64,000 bases of DNA from Podarcis filfolensis (lineage: Eukaryota): assembly GCA_964270895.1 (NCBI GenBank), contig OZ185446.1; one strand, written 5' to 3'. The translations under genes were made by a program, and so were the position numbers. A model generated the notes under the pieces. It was not told the DNA's origin and made no database searches. It saw only the letters and a list, made by a program, of their open reading frames with translations. Positions 25,812 through 41,040 of this stretch are shown one piece after another (the stretch's first letter is position 1; the number at the start of each line of letters is the position of its first letter).

Positions 25812-26965
25812 CTAGAAACACATAAGTATTAATTGTACTGCAAAATTTGCAAACCAAGCAACTAATATTTTAAAATTTATTTTTAAAGTATTTTGGTGAG
25901 CTCTCTTGCATTTGATACTTCTTGAAACAAGTAGTTAGAAAATGTTAAAGCTTATTCTTTGGTAATTAACTATCAATAAAAAAAACTATTTAAATCATTC
26001 TGTTTAACAAATAAGTAGTTTTGTATACAGTACAGTTCTGTTATTAACATGTCAGGTATACATCTGCCATTAATAGCAGGAGGTGTGGCAGCCTTCCAAT
26101 TGTTATAGTGTGTTGCCAGGAGTGTGTTTAATGTGTAGTTTTACTAAAGGAGCTGGGACTCAGAATATTATAATAGTTCAGCCGGACCAATGAAAGCTGC
26201 AGTTACCCCAGAAGGGTGGGAAAGCTTCCACGGTGTTTTCTGTTAATATGCCTGCTTTGTCTGGTTGGCCACTGTGAGGATGCTGGACTAGATGCACCTC
26301 AGCCCTGATCCAGCAGGGCTCTTCCTCTGTTTTATGTTCTTACATGACACAAAACATCCAAGAAGAAGAAAAAGTTCTGCAACTTTCATTCCACATTACT
26401 TTTAGTGTTTTACATTTGCAACTCAGGCGATAGGAGTAATTGTTTTAGGAACAATTTGAATTAGTAATTTAAAAAAGTACCTGCCACTTTTACTAAAACA
26501 TAGTCAAAGCGTCTTTTAAATTTAGTAGTTATAGCTAAAGTGTTTTTAAGCACAGTTGCTTCTATCAGTGGCTGAGGCTTATGTTCAATGGGTGCAGAGG
26601 GGAGATGTGGAATAAACCGTGGCTTCAGCACAGATGAATTGCCAAAACAACAGTGTTGTTTCTTCGCCAGACCCAATATTTGCACAGAGTGACATCAACT
26701 TCATCATTTTTATTAAATTCACTACCCACCCTTCACCAGCAGGCTCCAGGGTTACAATAATTTAAAATTCAGTATTAAGAGTAGGCAAAACAAATTAGTC
26801 ACAGGAATAGGGTGAGTCTTGAAAATACACATCTCAAGTGTCAAAAGCCAGGGTAAAGAGATGCATCCTAGAGGCTTCTATTCTCTAGATGGTATGTCAA
26901 GTCTTTGATCTTCTGTCTGCTCTTCTTTAAAATGAAAGATAATCTACTATTTTCCGAGTCCTTCC

Positions 26966-29123
26966 AGGACTTCCGGGTCAGCGCCAACGACGAATGGCGG
27001 AGTTCCTCCGATCGGAGGAACAGGCTCTGTGGAAATTGGGTCTTCCCGCCGCGGCGAAGGCGGGGGCCTGCTAGAAATCCCAGGCGGAGAAGCCTGGGAA
27101 CGTGGGGTTCGGCAGAGCACCAAGAGCGCCTCCCCTACTCACGAGGAAACCCCTTTTCGGGGCTCCGGAGTGAAGTGGGGTGAGCAGTGCGGTGCTGCGA
27201 ACCGATCGCTATTTCCATGGAGGGAAGCCGCACAGCCATCGCCGGAGAGCGCTGACTTTTTCCTGATGACATTTGGACTCTAAATCAAGTACCCGTGAGT
27301 AAAAACGGAGAATTGGATTAAGAAATTTGCAAAATTTATGAATTAGGCACGAAGCGGGAAGGTTTAAAAAGGAAGTCCGCCTTCCGCTTTTTGTATATAG
27401 ACTGAAGCAAAGACCTTGCAGCCTAATAGCCTGGAAAACTGCTTTAAAGTTGGAAATTTCCTGCATCCACAACCAATAAAACCCCCCTGGAAGCAGGAGA
27501 AAAGGGGGGGGGGGAATTTGACTGTTTAATCCTGCAGGAGGAGAGTAAAGGAATTTAAGTTTCCATCGTCCCAAACCTGGGGACGGGGTGTCGGGACAGA
27601 AATTGTTTGAGACGTCCATTGATTGAAAGTGGAGTACTTTGACAGATAGTTAAAAAAAAAAAAGAGAGAGAGAAACAAATTAACTTCAACGCTACTTTCT
27701 GCATTTCTGCATTTTAAAGAAACAAAGTATCTGAAAATCGAAAGGATTTGAAATCGAAAGTAATCTCCTTTGTTGGATACATTTTAAAAATGGATACAAA
27801 TAGAAATTGTGTCCCCTAGAGGGAGCCTGTCAGTTTGTTGTTGCAGCTTACTTGGAGACTCTACAGCTGCGAGATTTGGATTGTGGGACCAGCCGTTTGA
27901 CCTTGAACAGAAATGTGTTGGAAGGAAGGTTTGGTGTCTGCCCTTGGCATGACAAATGCTTTGCTGGAGCAGCTACATGAGAAAATGAACTTGATGCATG
28001 AAAAATTGGACTTGATGAGTGCTGTGGCCAGTGAATATGATTTAACAGGGAATAAGGATAAAGAAGTTATACAGCGACCAATTCAGGAATCTGGTTTGAC
28101 AAGGCAAGTCCAAGGGCAGATGAAGAAGGAAGAGGCAGTGATTACTCCTCAAACAACACAAATGGAGAGATCCAAAGTCCTGCAGGAACAAAAGCCACTG
28201 CGTTGGAAGATTGAACTTGGAGAGTGCTGGGAAGTGTTTGAAGTCAAGGAAGCTTTTAACTCTAGTGGGACTATGAAACAGATGAACAACTATCTCTTGG
28301 ATAAATATTTTTTGGATTACAAAGATGACGAAGGGGAGTGGGACTGGGGGGAAGGGGCCAGTCTGACGAAGGAAAATGGAAATTATTACCGCATGGAACC
28401 CTCCGGAGACCCACTCCCCAAGAAACCAACAATAGACAAAGAAGTGTGTAAGCACAAACAAGAACAAGAAAATTTGCAGAAGGGGCCTAGAAGAGATTTA
28501 AGGGCCTCGGACATAAGAACACCAGATTGATGGACTGGATGTAATGGACAGAAAGGACTGACATGACCCGAAACCAGGAAGAAGGGACGTTGGATAAAAA
28601 TTAGAGATATCAAGGGAAATTCTTTTGTTAATTTTGGAATTAGTGCAACATTAATGAAATATCAGGGAATATGCTGGAAAGGAACTAAATTGGCTTTAGC
28701 AGAAATGATTTAAGGAGATATGTATGAATATGATGTAAACTTTGAAATTTTAAGATTTTTAAGATAAGATAAGGTTAAAGAGATTAAGGTAAATTGAATA
28801 ACAGATTATATTAAAAGATGGAAAGGTTATGTTGAATTAATAAATAAGATAGATTGTGAAGATTAATCATTTAAATTAAAATTGAGAAACATGGGAAGAA
28901 TTTGCTGGAATAACGAATTAAACTAGAATACAAAAAGGGAGGTGTGAGGAGGTTCAATAAATAAGCAAATGAAAAGTTTAATCTGAGATTTGTATTTTTC
29001 TTCTTTCTTTTTTGGTTTTTTCTTTTTGTTTTATTTTTTGCTGTATTTTTCTGTTTCTTGTTTCTTTTTTCGTGTTTATGTATTGATGAAATTTTGAATA
29101 AATATCATTTTTTTAAAAAAAAA
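26966..29123 (+). mobile_element. 2.16-kb L1-type non-autonomous retroelement with TSD
   Basis: 18-bp TSD TATTTTCC(G/A)AGTCCTTCC at 26948-65 and 29124-41. CpG-rich 5' end, one 205-aa ORF (27913-28530), T-rich 3' UTR, AATAAA at 29097-102, A tail. Confidence 0.88.
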
Positions 29124-29418
29124 TATTTTCCAAGTCCTTCCTAAGCACTCTCATTTTGGGAGATATAATCTATATTGACGTCATGTGCTACCATTAGGCT
29201 AGTTGTGAGCTTTTACAGCAAGAGGAAAGTAAATGTGAAATACTTCTAGTGAGCTCCTTTTTTGTTTAAAGCAGCCATGTCTGAAGGTTTCCGTATCTGG
29301 AAAGTCATACAAAATAAAGCAATTATTTTCCAATGGTAAGAACAAATTTCTCTAAAATAAAGTTTCTAACATTTTCTATTTACAATTGTAACGCACCAAA
29401 TATCTTCAGCTTCTTTCA

Positions 29419-29643
<225 letters not shown>

Positions 29644-30117
29644 TCAGCTGAAAGATCTAGACTCTGCTTTAGAAATGCAAGCCATTGTTGAAGAAAGAGA
29701 CCCCTAAGTAGGGCTGGATGCAATTGTTCAAATCTGTTACAAACGCATCATGAAGTTGCAAGTTCTTCCTTGTGCAAAACACTGGGAACTCAGTATTAGG
29801 GCTCAGTCACACATTTATTTATTTAGTATACTGCTCTTCATCTGAAGATCTCAAGGCAGTTCACAACACTTCTGTTTGCACCACCGCTTTCCCCTGGGAA
29901 AACCTGTGGTTTAGTGCTGAATCAGAACAAACATCAGTTGGGTTTTCTGCAGACTGTTCCAATTTAGCATTAAGGAGGTTTTCCAGAGGAAAGCAGTGGG
30001 GCAAAGGCAAAACCACTTGGACCCACAACTAGAAAGTACAGGACAAGTGGAAAACCACTTTGAAGTGTTTGAAGTGATAAATAAATGTCAAGCTAGCCTG
30101 GTGTAAGTTAAAGTTTA

Positions 30118-30267
<150 letters not shown>

Positions 30268-31345
30268 TCAAGAAAATGAAATGATAGTAATACTAAATAA
30301 CCTTAGCATATAATTTGATTTTCTCACAAAATTGCCAGTACACAGGAGATATGGAAAATATTTTCAGTAATGAAAAGTTAGGCTTGTGTTGAATCAAGAA
30401 AGAATTCTTGTGATATTTTAAATGAAAGTGCAGTCTATAATTATTTCAATAAATATATAAAAAATCAATACAATTATTGTATTGTACTTGATGTTACCAC
30501 TCTCAAAGGTAAAACTGAGGAGGTATTAGTAGGAACTATTTAATTCTGCCATGGTATGGCAGATAGCTATGGTTACTATAAAGCGCTGAGCGGCAAACAG
30601 AAAACCCTTAGTCACAGAATAGGGATTGATTGATCATAACACTAAATTATGACTTGGCACTCCATGAATAAATCTGCATGACTCTCAAACTTGCATACAC
30701 ACCCTCCCCTTTCTTCCTTTGATGCAGCCCCAAGAGATTTTCCATTTTAAAATTAACCACAGCTCCCCACATTATCTGAAATTGCAGAAACTGTGGGTAG
30801 TTCAAACAAGCCAGGATCAAAAATATGGTTTGTAACGCTGGCTTGTTCATGAACCATTGTTTAATCACAGTTCTCTCAACTGGGATCTGTGGTCAGTTTA
30901 AAACTAGAAAGCAAATGCTTCTGATCTCCTCCTTGCAAGAGTGCCAGGAGAAGGGAGCATGTAAGTCTGAAGCTTGCGAAGGTAAACATAATACTAAAGC
31001 ACAGCAGTGTTACATCTGATGTAACACTTGGTGTTGATTTCCAGTTTTACCTTGGAAAAACAAGACACTCCTCCCATCTTCTGATGACATTCAGCAAAGC
31101 TAACTTTCTGAATGTGAGATACGTACATGCTGAGCAAGTAGCTGCACTTATATGCTCAACTCTACAACTAAAAACATAATGAAAAGGTACCTGCAATAAG
31201 CTAGATTTAAAACAGGATACAAGTTTCAGACTGGCATTTTAGGACATATGCCACCAAAAAATTGAAGACAAATCAATTACATATGGGACAAAATAAGCTT
31301 ATGAACTTTTAGCGTTATTGCCAATGCCAAATTTCAACAACCTTA

Positions 31346-31474
<129 letters not shown>

Positions 31475-32375
31475 TTAATTTCCAGTTCAGTTATACTCTC
31501 TGCCATTTTAGTGACATGCTAGCTACACAAAGTTAAAGACAAACTAAACAATCAGCATTGTCAGCTAGCAATTTCATATTTACAAAGTTAACACAACTAC
31601 TTTGCTCAACACTGCAACTGGAACATCAACTCTTCCCACAGTTTTCAAGGCTATTGTGAAATGGGCACGCAAGTGTTAAACCCTATTTAATCACATCAAC
31701 TGGCCAGTATAAAGTAAAATGTTACTCTGAAAAAAGAAACATATTATCCAGCATGTACTAGATTTTGGTATTCCATCACTATATAAAGCAGGGAATCCAA
31801 TTTGGCCCGCAACACCTTTATTCCAAAACCATGCCCACCAGTCAATCCACTGACATCTCTTCAATGGGCAGGTGATGTCAGATTATGGATGAGGGTGGGG
31901 TTCAATCCTGTGTTGTTTGTGCACACCAGTTCCCCACAAGGCAGCAAAAATTTACCCCCCACTCATCAACTGATGGGGTGTGTGTGTTAAAGCCTGCTCA
32001 GAAACCTGCAGAAAACATGACTGAATTGATGAGTTTCATCCTGATAGCTGCTGCTTTTCTGGTTACTGCTCTCACCCTCACCAATATAAGTCAACTCTGA
32101 CAGGAGGGTGGGTCCATCCACATATCAGTGACCTGATGTGATTGTAATATCAGATGATGTCCCACCCACCTGTCAATGTGAGCCAGCTGGGGAGGGAGAA
32201 GATAAACATCTGGCTGATCAGGACCTTCCTTCTATAAAGATACGCAAATCATTTTTAGCGCAAAAAGTGAAAAATGACTAAGTCCCAATAATTGAACAAA
32301 TGTTGGGGTAATAAAAGAATTACACAGATGAACTTTTGAAATATACTTCAATTTTTTGTTGAATAAATGAGATTA

Positions 32376-32540
<165 letters not shown>

Positions 32541-33921
32541 TCAAGCTGACAGAAGGAAAATAATAGTGTCACATAGCAATAAGCAAAGCAATAAGCTTCA
32601 CACTTGGTGATCATTCACCTGCAGTCCATTTCTCCCCAAATTAAGTCTAAAGTGAACAAATGTTATTGCAGCAAAACCCCAGTGGACTTCATTTTTAAAA
32701 ATAAAATAAAATAAGCAAGTACTCAGAATTGTAAGCAATTCTGGTGGGTGGGTTTTTGTGTTTTTTTAAAGCAATCTCTTTCAAGTACTTGTTTGTGCCA
32801 ACCCACAATGAAAGCACAGAGCAGTAATGGTTTCCTCCAAGTCATCCAAACCAGATGACAGCTGAACTCTCACCACTTGTCTCCTGCATATTCACGCATG
32901 CCACCACACAGTCCATATGTGAACCCAGCCTGCATCATGCATCCACCCTTAAATAAATGTACATCACTGTGCACCGTATATGGTAATACTAGGGCAATAT
33001 CTTTTTTAGGCAAACCAAAATATCACAAATTATTGTCCTATACACCCCCCCACACACACCAGGCTGTTTCCATATACCATAGAATAAGGTGGTAGAATGG
33101 GCTATATCATTCAGACTCAGTACTGTTTTTCTAGAAGCAATCATTAATCTGAGAAGCAAGATATAATTATCTAACAGCAGTCTTCACAGAAAATATATTC
33201 CTGCAACCCACCCAAGCTTAAGAAAGTTGTGACCACTGCTTTTACCTAAGTTTTTCTTCTGCTTGTTAACAAAGTTTCTGACAAGTAGGAAATAGGTAAT
33301 AGATGTGCAAGAATGGCTAACTTTTCATCCACAGGGCTACAATGTCCTACCAGTTTAACAGATTTTTCATACATTCCCCCCAAAAAAGTTATGAACAATA
33401 CATTTGTGCTTTAACAAGTTAAGAAATACAAAATAAAATTTATTGTACTATTTCTGTTTTTGTCAGGAAACCATATGGAAACTTTCAAGTTAAGAATCCT
33501 TTGAGATGCAGTTATATGAAACTCAAAATATGAATACACACTTACACTCACCAGAAAAAGATTCATACTAAAGTTTTCGTGTTATGAGATCTGATCAAAT
33601 GCAGTATTTAAAACAGCATTTTGATGATAGCAATGATCATGTTTACAGACCCATGGTTAGAGCATTAACATCATCTATTGCTTTCCAAAACACACATGCA
33701 ACCATAAAGACACACCACTTGGCTCATCACAGAAGGTAGAATCAAAAACTCATGAACGAGTGAAGCTATATAACAAGTCTTACAGGCTTTAATAAAATAT
33801 AAGGTTCCTGACCTGTTCACAGCATTAATTTACCTCAAAATAAACCAGCACAGAAAGCTTTTGGATATATCTATCAATATAAAATGTTTAACAGCAGCAA
33901 ATAGCATAGGGACATTAGCTA

Positions 33922-34161
<240 letters not shown>

Positions 34162-34205
34162 TTATGATGAAGCCATAACAATTAAAACAGCCTAAACCTC
34201 ATTTA

Positions 34206-34412
<207 letters not shown>

Positions 34413-37400
34413 TTAAAATATAATGCAGGTTGGACAGCATAGTATTTTAGAGAAGCATATTTCTTGACAAAAGCACACCACTGATGTTTGTAATTTCCAA
34501 AACAAATACATTTAGATTTCAACAATATTTGAGTTTTCTTCACTATATTCCACCTTAGTATGCAAATATCTTTTACTCCACAGCCAATCAAGCAGTTGAT
34601 TTGTGCCTCTTCAAAGCAGTATATTTGTTCTGTTAAGAAGTTCAGATTACAATGGATATTATCCAAAGTATTTATCAAAAGTGTTGAGTTAGTTCCTCAG
34701 AAGAGCATTCTAAACTCCTTCAGATGGGCAGCCTACATGAGCACAGAAGACTTCCTGATAGACTTCTAGTATGTGGAAGATGATGAATCTGGTAATGGGA
34801 ACGCAATGATGTGGGAGGGACCAATGAGCTTGCCCTAATTTCTCTTCCACCAGATAATAGAAACTGAGTGGTACACACTACACAATTTGTAAAAATAAAT
34901 AAAAAATTGTTAGATATTAAACACTTCAAAATAATAAAATGGGTAAAGTAAAACACCACTCATGTGGATACACAATAGTACCCCCCCCATCCCCATCTCA
35001 CTAGTTGCATGATAAACACCTATAGTCCATTGCTGCATTTACTCAACTGAAGAATCGCAGCTACTGGTGCTGTCAGGTAGGCACTCAGCCTGTCTGTATC
35101 AAAACTGGACTGCAGATGTAGCAGCCACAGCACTGTACTTAATTGTTCCAATTCAAAAAACATAATGGAAAGGTGTATTTGTAGATACATCTGACAGGAG
35201 AGAGCACAATCATATGCAGAAGTAAGGATGAGGTTATGCTTGGTTGCCTGAAGACCATTCTGACTGCTACAAATGAGCAGGCAAGTACATATTTCCAAAG
35301 CTTTGCTAGAAGAACTGAACGAGTGTTGAATAACAGAGCTTCGGAATTGAGTATATGCTCTGAGGCTTTTTTAAATCAAACATTGGCAGCAAGTACGCAC
35401 CTTATCTCTCTGTTACAGCAGAGGGGAGGAGAGCATTAGTCTCTCTTCATACTTTAAAACTACAATGAATTCTCACAAAAACTAAATACAGGACACAAAG
35501 TGGCACAAATCTGGAGGATGAAAGGGGGATAACAGGACTTGGAGAGGGCTATCAGTTGAATTATGTGAGACATGACAAGTTTGTGGGTGTTAAATTCACT
35601 GAAAGTTACCCACAGTGTGAGTTCAACACCCACAGCATTCTTTTTTACTCACATTTTGATATGACAATGTGTCCCAGTTCACATTAAAAAACCTCCCCAA
35701 ATATAGTTCTAAGTTGAGATAATTAAACCCTGGGGTTTTCTGACTGAAAATAAACAATTAACATGCTATAATACAGAAAAATCTACTTCTAATGTATAGA
35801 GCTAAATGAAAGGCAATTTCGACAGAATAGATCAACTAAGAATACAGTAATGGCACCATTAATGTTTAGAGCCTTAGTTTTAACTGTGCCAGCCTTTTTC
35901 TTCTTCTTTTTTGTAAGAGAAATACATGTTTGTCTGTGCAGGGTTCCAAGAATGTGCCATTACACATAAATGAATTTCCAGTGCCTGAACATTCAACATT
36001 AATTTACCAACCATCTATGACTCTGGAACATGTAAATATGCATGTGTAAGTGTCAGCATACCAGCTTATACAAGAAGCTGAGCATGTGAAATTCCACAAA
36101 GGTAAAGAAAAACACCCATAAACATAAATATGGCTATAACCACATTTAAGCCAAGTCTTCCTGATTGTAATATATATTTACAACAGATGATGATAGCAAT
36201 GTTCAAATGCTTCCTGTAAAATACACTAGTCTTTGGAATATTTATTAACTTTTCAGTTTTAAGTGTGAATATCATAAGACCTGGAAGACAATAAAACAAA
36301 TCTTTAAAAAAATATATTACTGCCTCTCAGTAATAATATTCCCACCCCTACCCCCCAGGATTGTGAATGAAATGACCCAAATTTGTATTATCCATGATTA
36401 ATTTTTATTCAAATGCATTGCTTTTTCTTTATTTGTGTATGTAATTGAAGTATATATTACTGATTTAATAAATAAAGGAATACTATTGAAAAAGGAATAC
36501 TATTCTGTTTGTCATTAATTTGGGAAGGGAGCATCACATGATGAGCAAAGAGGGGACTGATCATTTCTCCTATTTTCTTCAGTTCCATTACATGCCTGCA
36601 TTTACCTTGACCACTCCATACCATCAGACCAGCAGAGACCATTGTTCTGGAAAAGGCAACAGAGCCAATCTGGCTTTTTCACATCTAGCCACCCTCTCAT
36701 TCCCCTCAACCAAACACAAACCCATACCAACAATGAAATAAGGAATGTTTTCCCTTCTTCCAACTCAGAACCTGCATAGATAACAGAGAGAGAAAAGCCT
36801 CTCCCACAAATACAGCCTGAAGGGATGGAAGTGTTGACATATATGCATGTCTGGACCACTGCAGCTCCCATGGTATCCCCACTGGTGGCTTGACAGGTTT
36901 TCTTCCACTGCAACCTTGTTCTTAAGTGCAGTGGGGGTTTTTTACCCATAGAACCAAATGTGAGATGTTCACTGACATGGGAGATACTAAGCTCCTACAC
37001 TCAGGGATTCCAATGTCTGGTGAGAATGGTAGGTTTGCCTTACCTCAGCTATATCTTAGACTTCAACCTATTTATTGTGTCCTATGGAACTCAGACAAAT
37101 GTTTTGATAGACGTAACACTTCATATTCATAGTCAAACTCTGAGACTGCTGGAGTTGGACAGAATGTTATGAACGGAGCATTACAGAGAGAAAGCACATA
37201 TATGCTAGGAAGAGGCTGATATCAATGGACCAGCAAAATGCACATCATTATTAAAGATGGAGGTGGGTGGTGAGACTGCTCCCTGGTGAGATGCAGTGAC
37301 ACACCATGGTTCAGTGAAATCTATGCCATTCCGTGTGAGACATTTTTTGCCTTTACTATAACAGTGCCACAAAAGCAGCCTTTAATCTCCCCCCAATAGA

Positions 37401-37794
37401 ATGAATGGCAAAGCTAAACCATTCATTTGTATGGGGAAGAACTCCAGGGACACAAACACATGGGAACTAAGCCAGACACAGTATCTGTGGTAAGGGGAAG
37501 GTTTTGCCCCCCCCTTAGTAATAGGAGCTTGTCATTATTACTGTTACACCAGTTCTCTTCTGCAGAGACATACCCTGTGTTTTCCTTAGTCATATTTCCT
37601 TAGTCACATTAATAGAACATCACTTTCCCTCCATATGCTTTGGAGTAGTACCATGACATTCAACACAGACTGTTGTCAAGCTGAAATCTGGTTCAAGTAC
37701 TGTATAACCGAGCTGCGAGGTAGAGAGATTGCATCCTGTATAGCTAATGGGGCAAATACAAACTCAAGGGCTTAGTATAGTAATATTTCTCTCT

Positions 37795-37935
37795 TGGCAT
37801 TCACAGTCAGTACAGCATGAGACTCTTAATCTCAGGATTGTGGGTTCAAGCCCCATGTTGAGCGTAAGATTCCTGCATTGCAGGGGGTTGGACTAGATGA
37901 CTAGCCCCTTCCAACTCTGTAATTCTATGAATCAT
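37795..37935 (+). mobile_element. tRNA-Lys(CTT)-derived SINE with CR1-like 3' tail
   Basis: cagcatgagactCTTaatctcagg..gggttcaagcccc resembles tRNA-Lys, followed by ttggactagatga..ccaactct..attctatga. A reverse partial copy lies at 63841-63920. Confidence 0.8.
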
Positions 37936-38319
37936 GAAAAGTGCCTGGTGGGGCCAGAATCAGGCAGGCTATACACCTTCACTCACCATACAAATGCCCT
38001 AACACAGATCGCATTCCAGTCCAGGATCCCCTACTTGACACATCTAACAGCGCACATGCAATTAGCTGTAGCAAATTCACAGATGGGAAAGGAAGATGGG
38101 AAAGAGTTCTCCACAGATGCTCAAGGGGCAGCATCAGGAAGGTGTAAGGAGGGGGAGGAGAGAGAAGACGAATGCAAAAGTGGAGGGAATTCCCTATTCT
38201 GTTCCCGAAGTCTACCTAAGCAGAGTTTAGCTGCGCCCTGAGCATCCTTTCACACACCCCACCACCATTCAGAGCCAGCGTGGGGGAGAAGAAGCTGGGG
38301 TTCCTTCCCTGCTGTTAAA

Positions 38320-39340
38320 TGCAAGAGCGGAACGGAAAAAGAGCGCGCGGGGTGGTGGCGCTTACTCCGGATTAAGGCAGCAAAACCTGAAGGCATTTAC
38401 TGTGCAAGCCCCTTGAAACACAGCGGGGGTCTGCTGGGCACGCATTGCAGAGCAGGACCGCCAACTGAGCGGGGTTATCGACGACACATGCAGCCCTATA
38501 CATACGGAGACAAACCCGTGTTCCTGCATGTGTGTGTGTGTGTGTGGTGGAGCCAATTCACCTGCAGACGGTGATGAGATTCCGCCTCTCGACAGTGGCG
38601 TTGCGGGAATGGACGCTTCTCCTCCGAGAGGAGGCGTTGAGTCCCCCGATGTTGAACGACGCCATCTCGCAGCGGAGGGCGAGGCGGGGGCCTCTGGTGG
38701 CGCCTTTGTTCGGAGGGCGGGAAACGCCGGGGGTGGGGGCAGCGGCTGCTCTACCGCCGCTCCTTTCCCCGGCCCCAGCTACCGCCCCAAGAGGCGGAGG
38801 AGGAGGAGGAGGAGAAGCCCGGCAACCCCTCCACTAGGCACCCAAACGGGGGCAGCGCGGCTGGGCATGAGGCCACGGCGGGAGAAGGGACCGGAGGTCC
38901 CAGCAGCGGTAGCAGCGTCTCCTCCGCTCCGCTCGACTCCTCGCTCGTCTGAGCCTTCGAAGCCGCGGCTGCACCTCAGAAATCGCCTCAGCAGCACCCC
39001 GAGGCAAGGACTGCAGAGCGCCGGCTCCGCCAGCCAATGGCATGCCAGCAGGGGCGGGACCTAAAACTGGAATTGGTCTTCTAAGCAAGGGGCTCGTGGG
39101 TTCTCCCGTAATGGCGGCAGCTGTCCGTTAGGAGGCTCGGAAAGGGCGGGGGAGCGTTGTGTGGGGCGGAGGGTAGCCGAGGGGTTGAAGTGGCTCGTGA
39201 GGCGGAGGTGCGCCCTCGCCCGCCGCAGTTGATTCATTCGCTTTCCTTTCTCCTCCTCGCCTCGCGCTTATATAAAAGTCACGCTCCTTTGTTGCTGAGA
39301 CTGTTATTCGCAAGGCTCGTGTGAGCCGCGTTGGTGGGTT
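38320..39340 (-). promoter_or_regulatory. CpG island / RUNDC3B promoter
   Basis: GC- and CpG-rich kilobase around the start codon. CCAAT at 39034-38, GC box GGGGCGGGAC at 39051-60, TTATATAAAAG at 39268-78. Confidence 0.85.
38562..38665 (-). CDS. RUNDC3B: RUNDC3B coding exon 1 (104 nt, start codon)
   Basis: ATG at 38665. Translates MASFNIGGLNASSRRRSVHSRNATVERRNLITVC(R). Donor AG|GTGAAT. Lies inside the CpG island. Confidence 0.93.
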
Positions 39341-41040
39341 ACAGTAAAACACACAGAAGCTTGTGTGGAGCCTACAACAAGGCAAAACAGAATTTATAGC
39401 GGCGTCAGGTTTTTGGACACCAAAGCTTGTTTCGTCAGATAACGATTTACCCGGCTAACATACATGAGAAGGTGGGAGGGTAAAAGCACCGGAGCCCAGT
39501 TCACTCCCCCCCCCAATAAAATAAAATAAAAAATCACAGCTTGGTGGATTACAGGCATCATTACACACACGTGTGTGTGCATGTCTATATAGGCATACAG
39601 AGATGTTCAAATGGGTGCATCCACTGGCTGAGGATAGTAAGTCATGCATATGAAGAGGTGCCATCTGGTCCACAGAAACATTATGTCACAATACAGCTGT
39701 TAAATCTTCAAGGTACCGAAAATTCGCAACCTGACAGTAAAGCCACTTTTTAAAAAAACATTTCCCCAATTTGCTGTTTAAATATTAAGCCTACATTGGT
39801 TATTATTTATTTAAAACATTTCTACATGCCTCCTGTGTTTAGACAGTGTAGAACAATATTAAAATACATATCAAAAGTGTATTGTCAAATCTTGAAAGGC
39901 AGTATTTTTGACGATGCTGAAGTCCCCTACTCTATATTTGCATGACAGTTTGAAATATAGCTCAGTCAAAGCTTATTTTAGGGACATAACAACTTCAGCT
40001 TTTTTTCTGACTGAGCTGTGTTTCAAACTTCTATGCAAATAAGAAACAGAACTAGTAACCAACTTCAGCATCATATATTTGTACCTGGACAATAAAGAGA
40101 CAGAGCCCAGCAAAAGCATTCTTTTCATTTAAGGTATATGTGTGTGTGCTTACAACCTCTTCTATCATTCAATCAGATAATATACAACAGCACATGATAG
40201 CACACCAAAATGTATCAACGTAACACAATCCAAACTACAAACAGATTTCTATATGAATCTGAAATTTTACAGTCAGGAACTTGATGGGGAAAGGCACTGG
40301 AAAGTGTTGGATAACAATTGCTTAAAGAGGCATCATATACAAACATATCAGAATGAATACTCACTAAATGGCTTCATATATCTTCCCAGCAAACTCTGTG
40401 CAAACAACTCAGGATGAATGCTCAATAAACTGGTCATCTGGAAACAACATATGTCCCAAGCACAAAACAAGAACTAATTGTGCATGCAAACCAGATAACC
40501 AAAGCAAGTGAGCTCAGCCACCTGCTATACATCAAGCTATATTTATATCACACATGTAAGCAAAATAATATTCAAGAATTAATATTTTTGAAAACATTGT
40601 TTTAGAAAACCCAGCATGCCAAGGATATGGGTTCTGTCCTAGCATGGAATAGGCAGAACTTCCCCCAAGTGAGGAGTCATGGTTCTTTCCCAGAGCTATG
40701 AAGGGGAACGCAAACAGCTGCAAGAATGGACTGAACTCCAAGGTGGGCATCTTTAGTTCCACAGTTTTGTGTCCCATTAGTAGCTTAAGCATGTTGTTTT
40801 GCTCATTTCTATCTAATGGAGGAGAGATTCTGAAGAGAAGTTCTCTGCAAAGAGATATAGAATACTGTACAAGAAGGGTGAAGTCTAATCTTATTCATCT
40901 TCACTCAAAAGTCAGTCCTACTGAGTTCCTTGAGTCAAGTAAATGAGTTTAGGATGTTGCTGTGCAGTGCAAGCCCATAAATGTCTACTCAGAAAAAAAA
41001 TCTACTGAGCTCAATAGGACTTACCCTGGCTAAGTGAATA

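Noticed and set aside
37795-37864. Functional tRNA-Lys(CTT) gene
   Set aside because: The acceptor and D stems are degraded and the sequence runs straight into a CR1-like tail, so it is a SINE head.
38528-39064. 178-aa plus-strand ORF over the CpG island
   Set aside because: Expected from stop-poor GC-rich DNA. It is low complexity and antisense to RUNDC3B exon 1.
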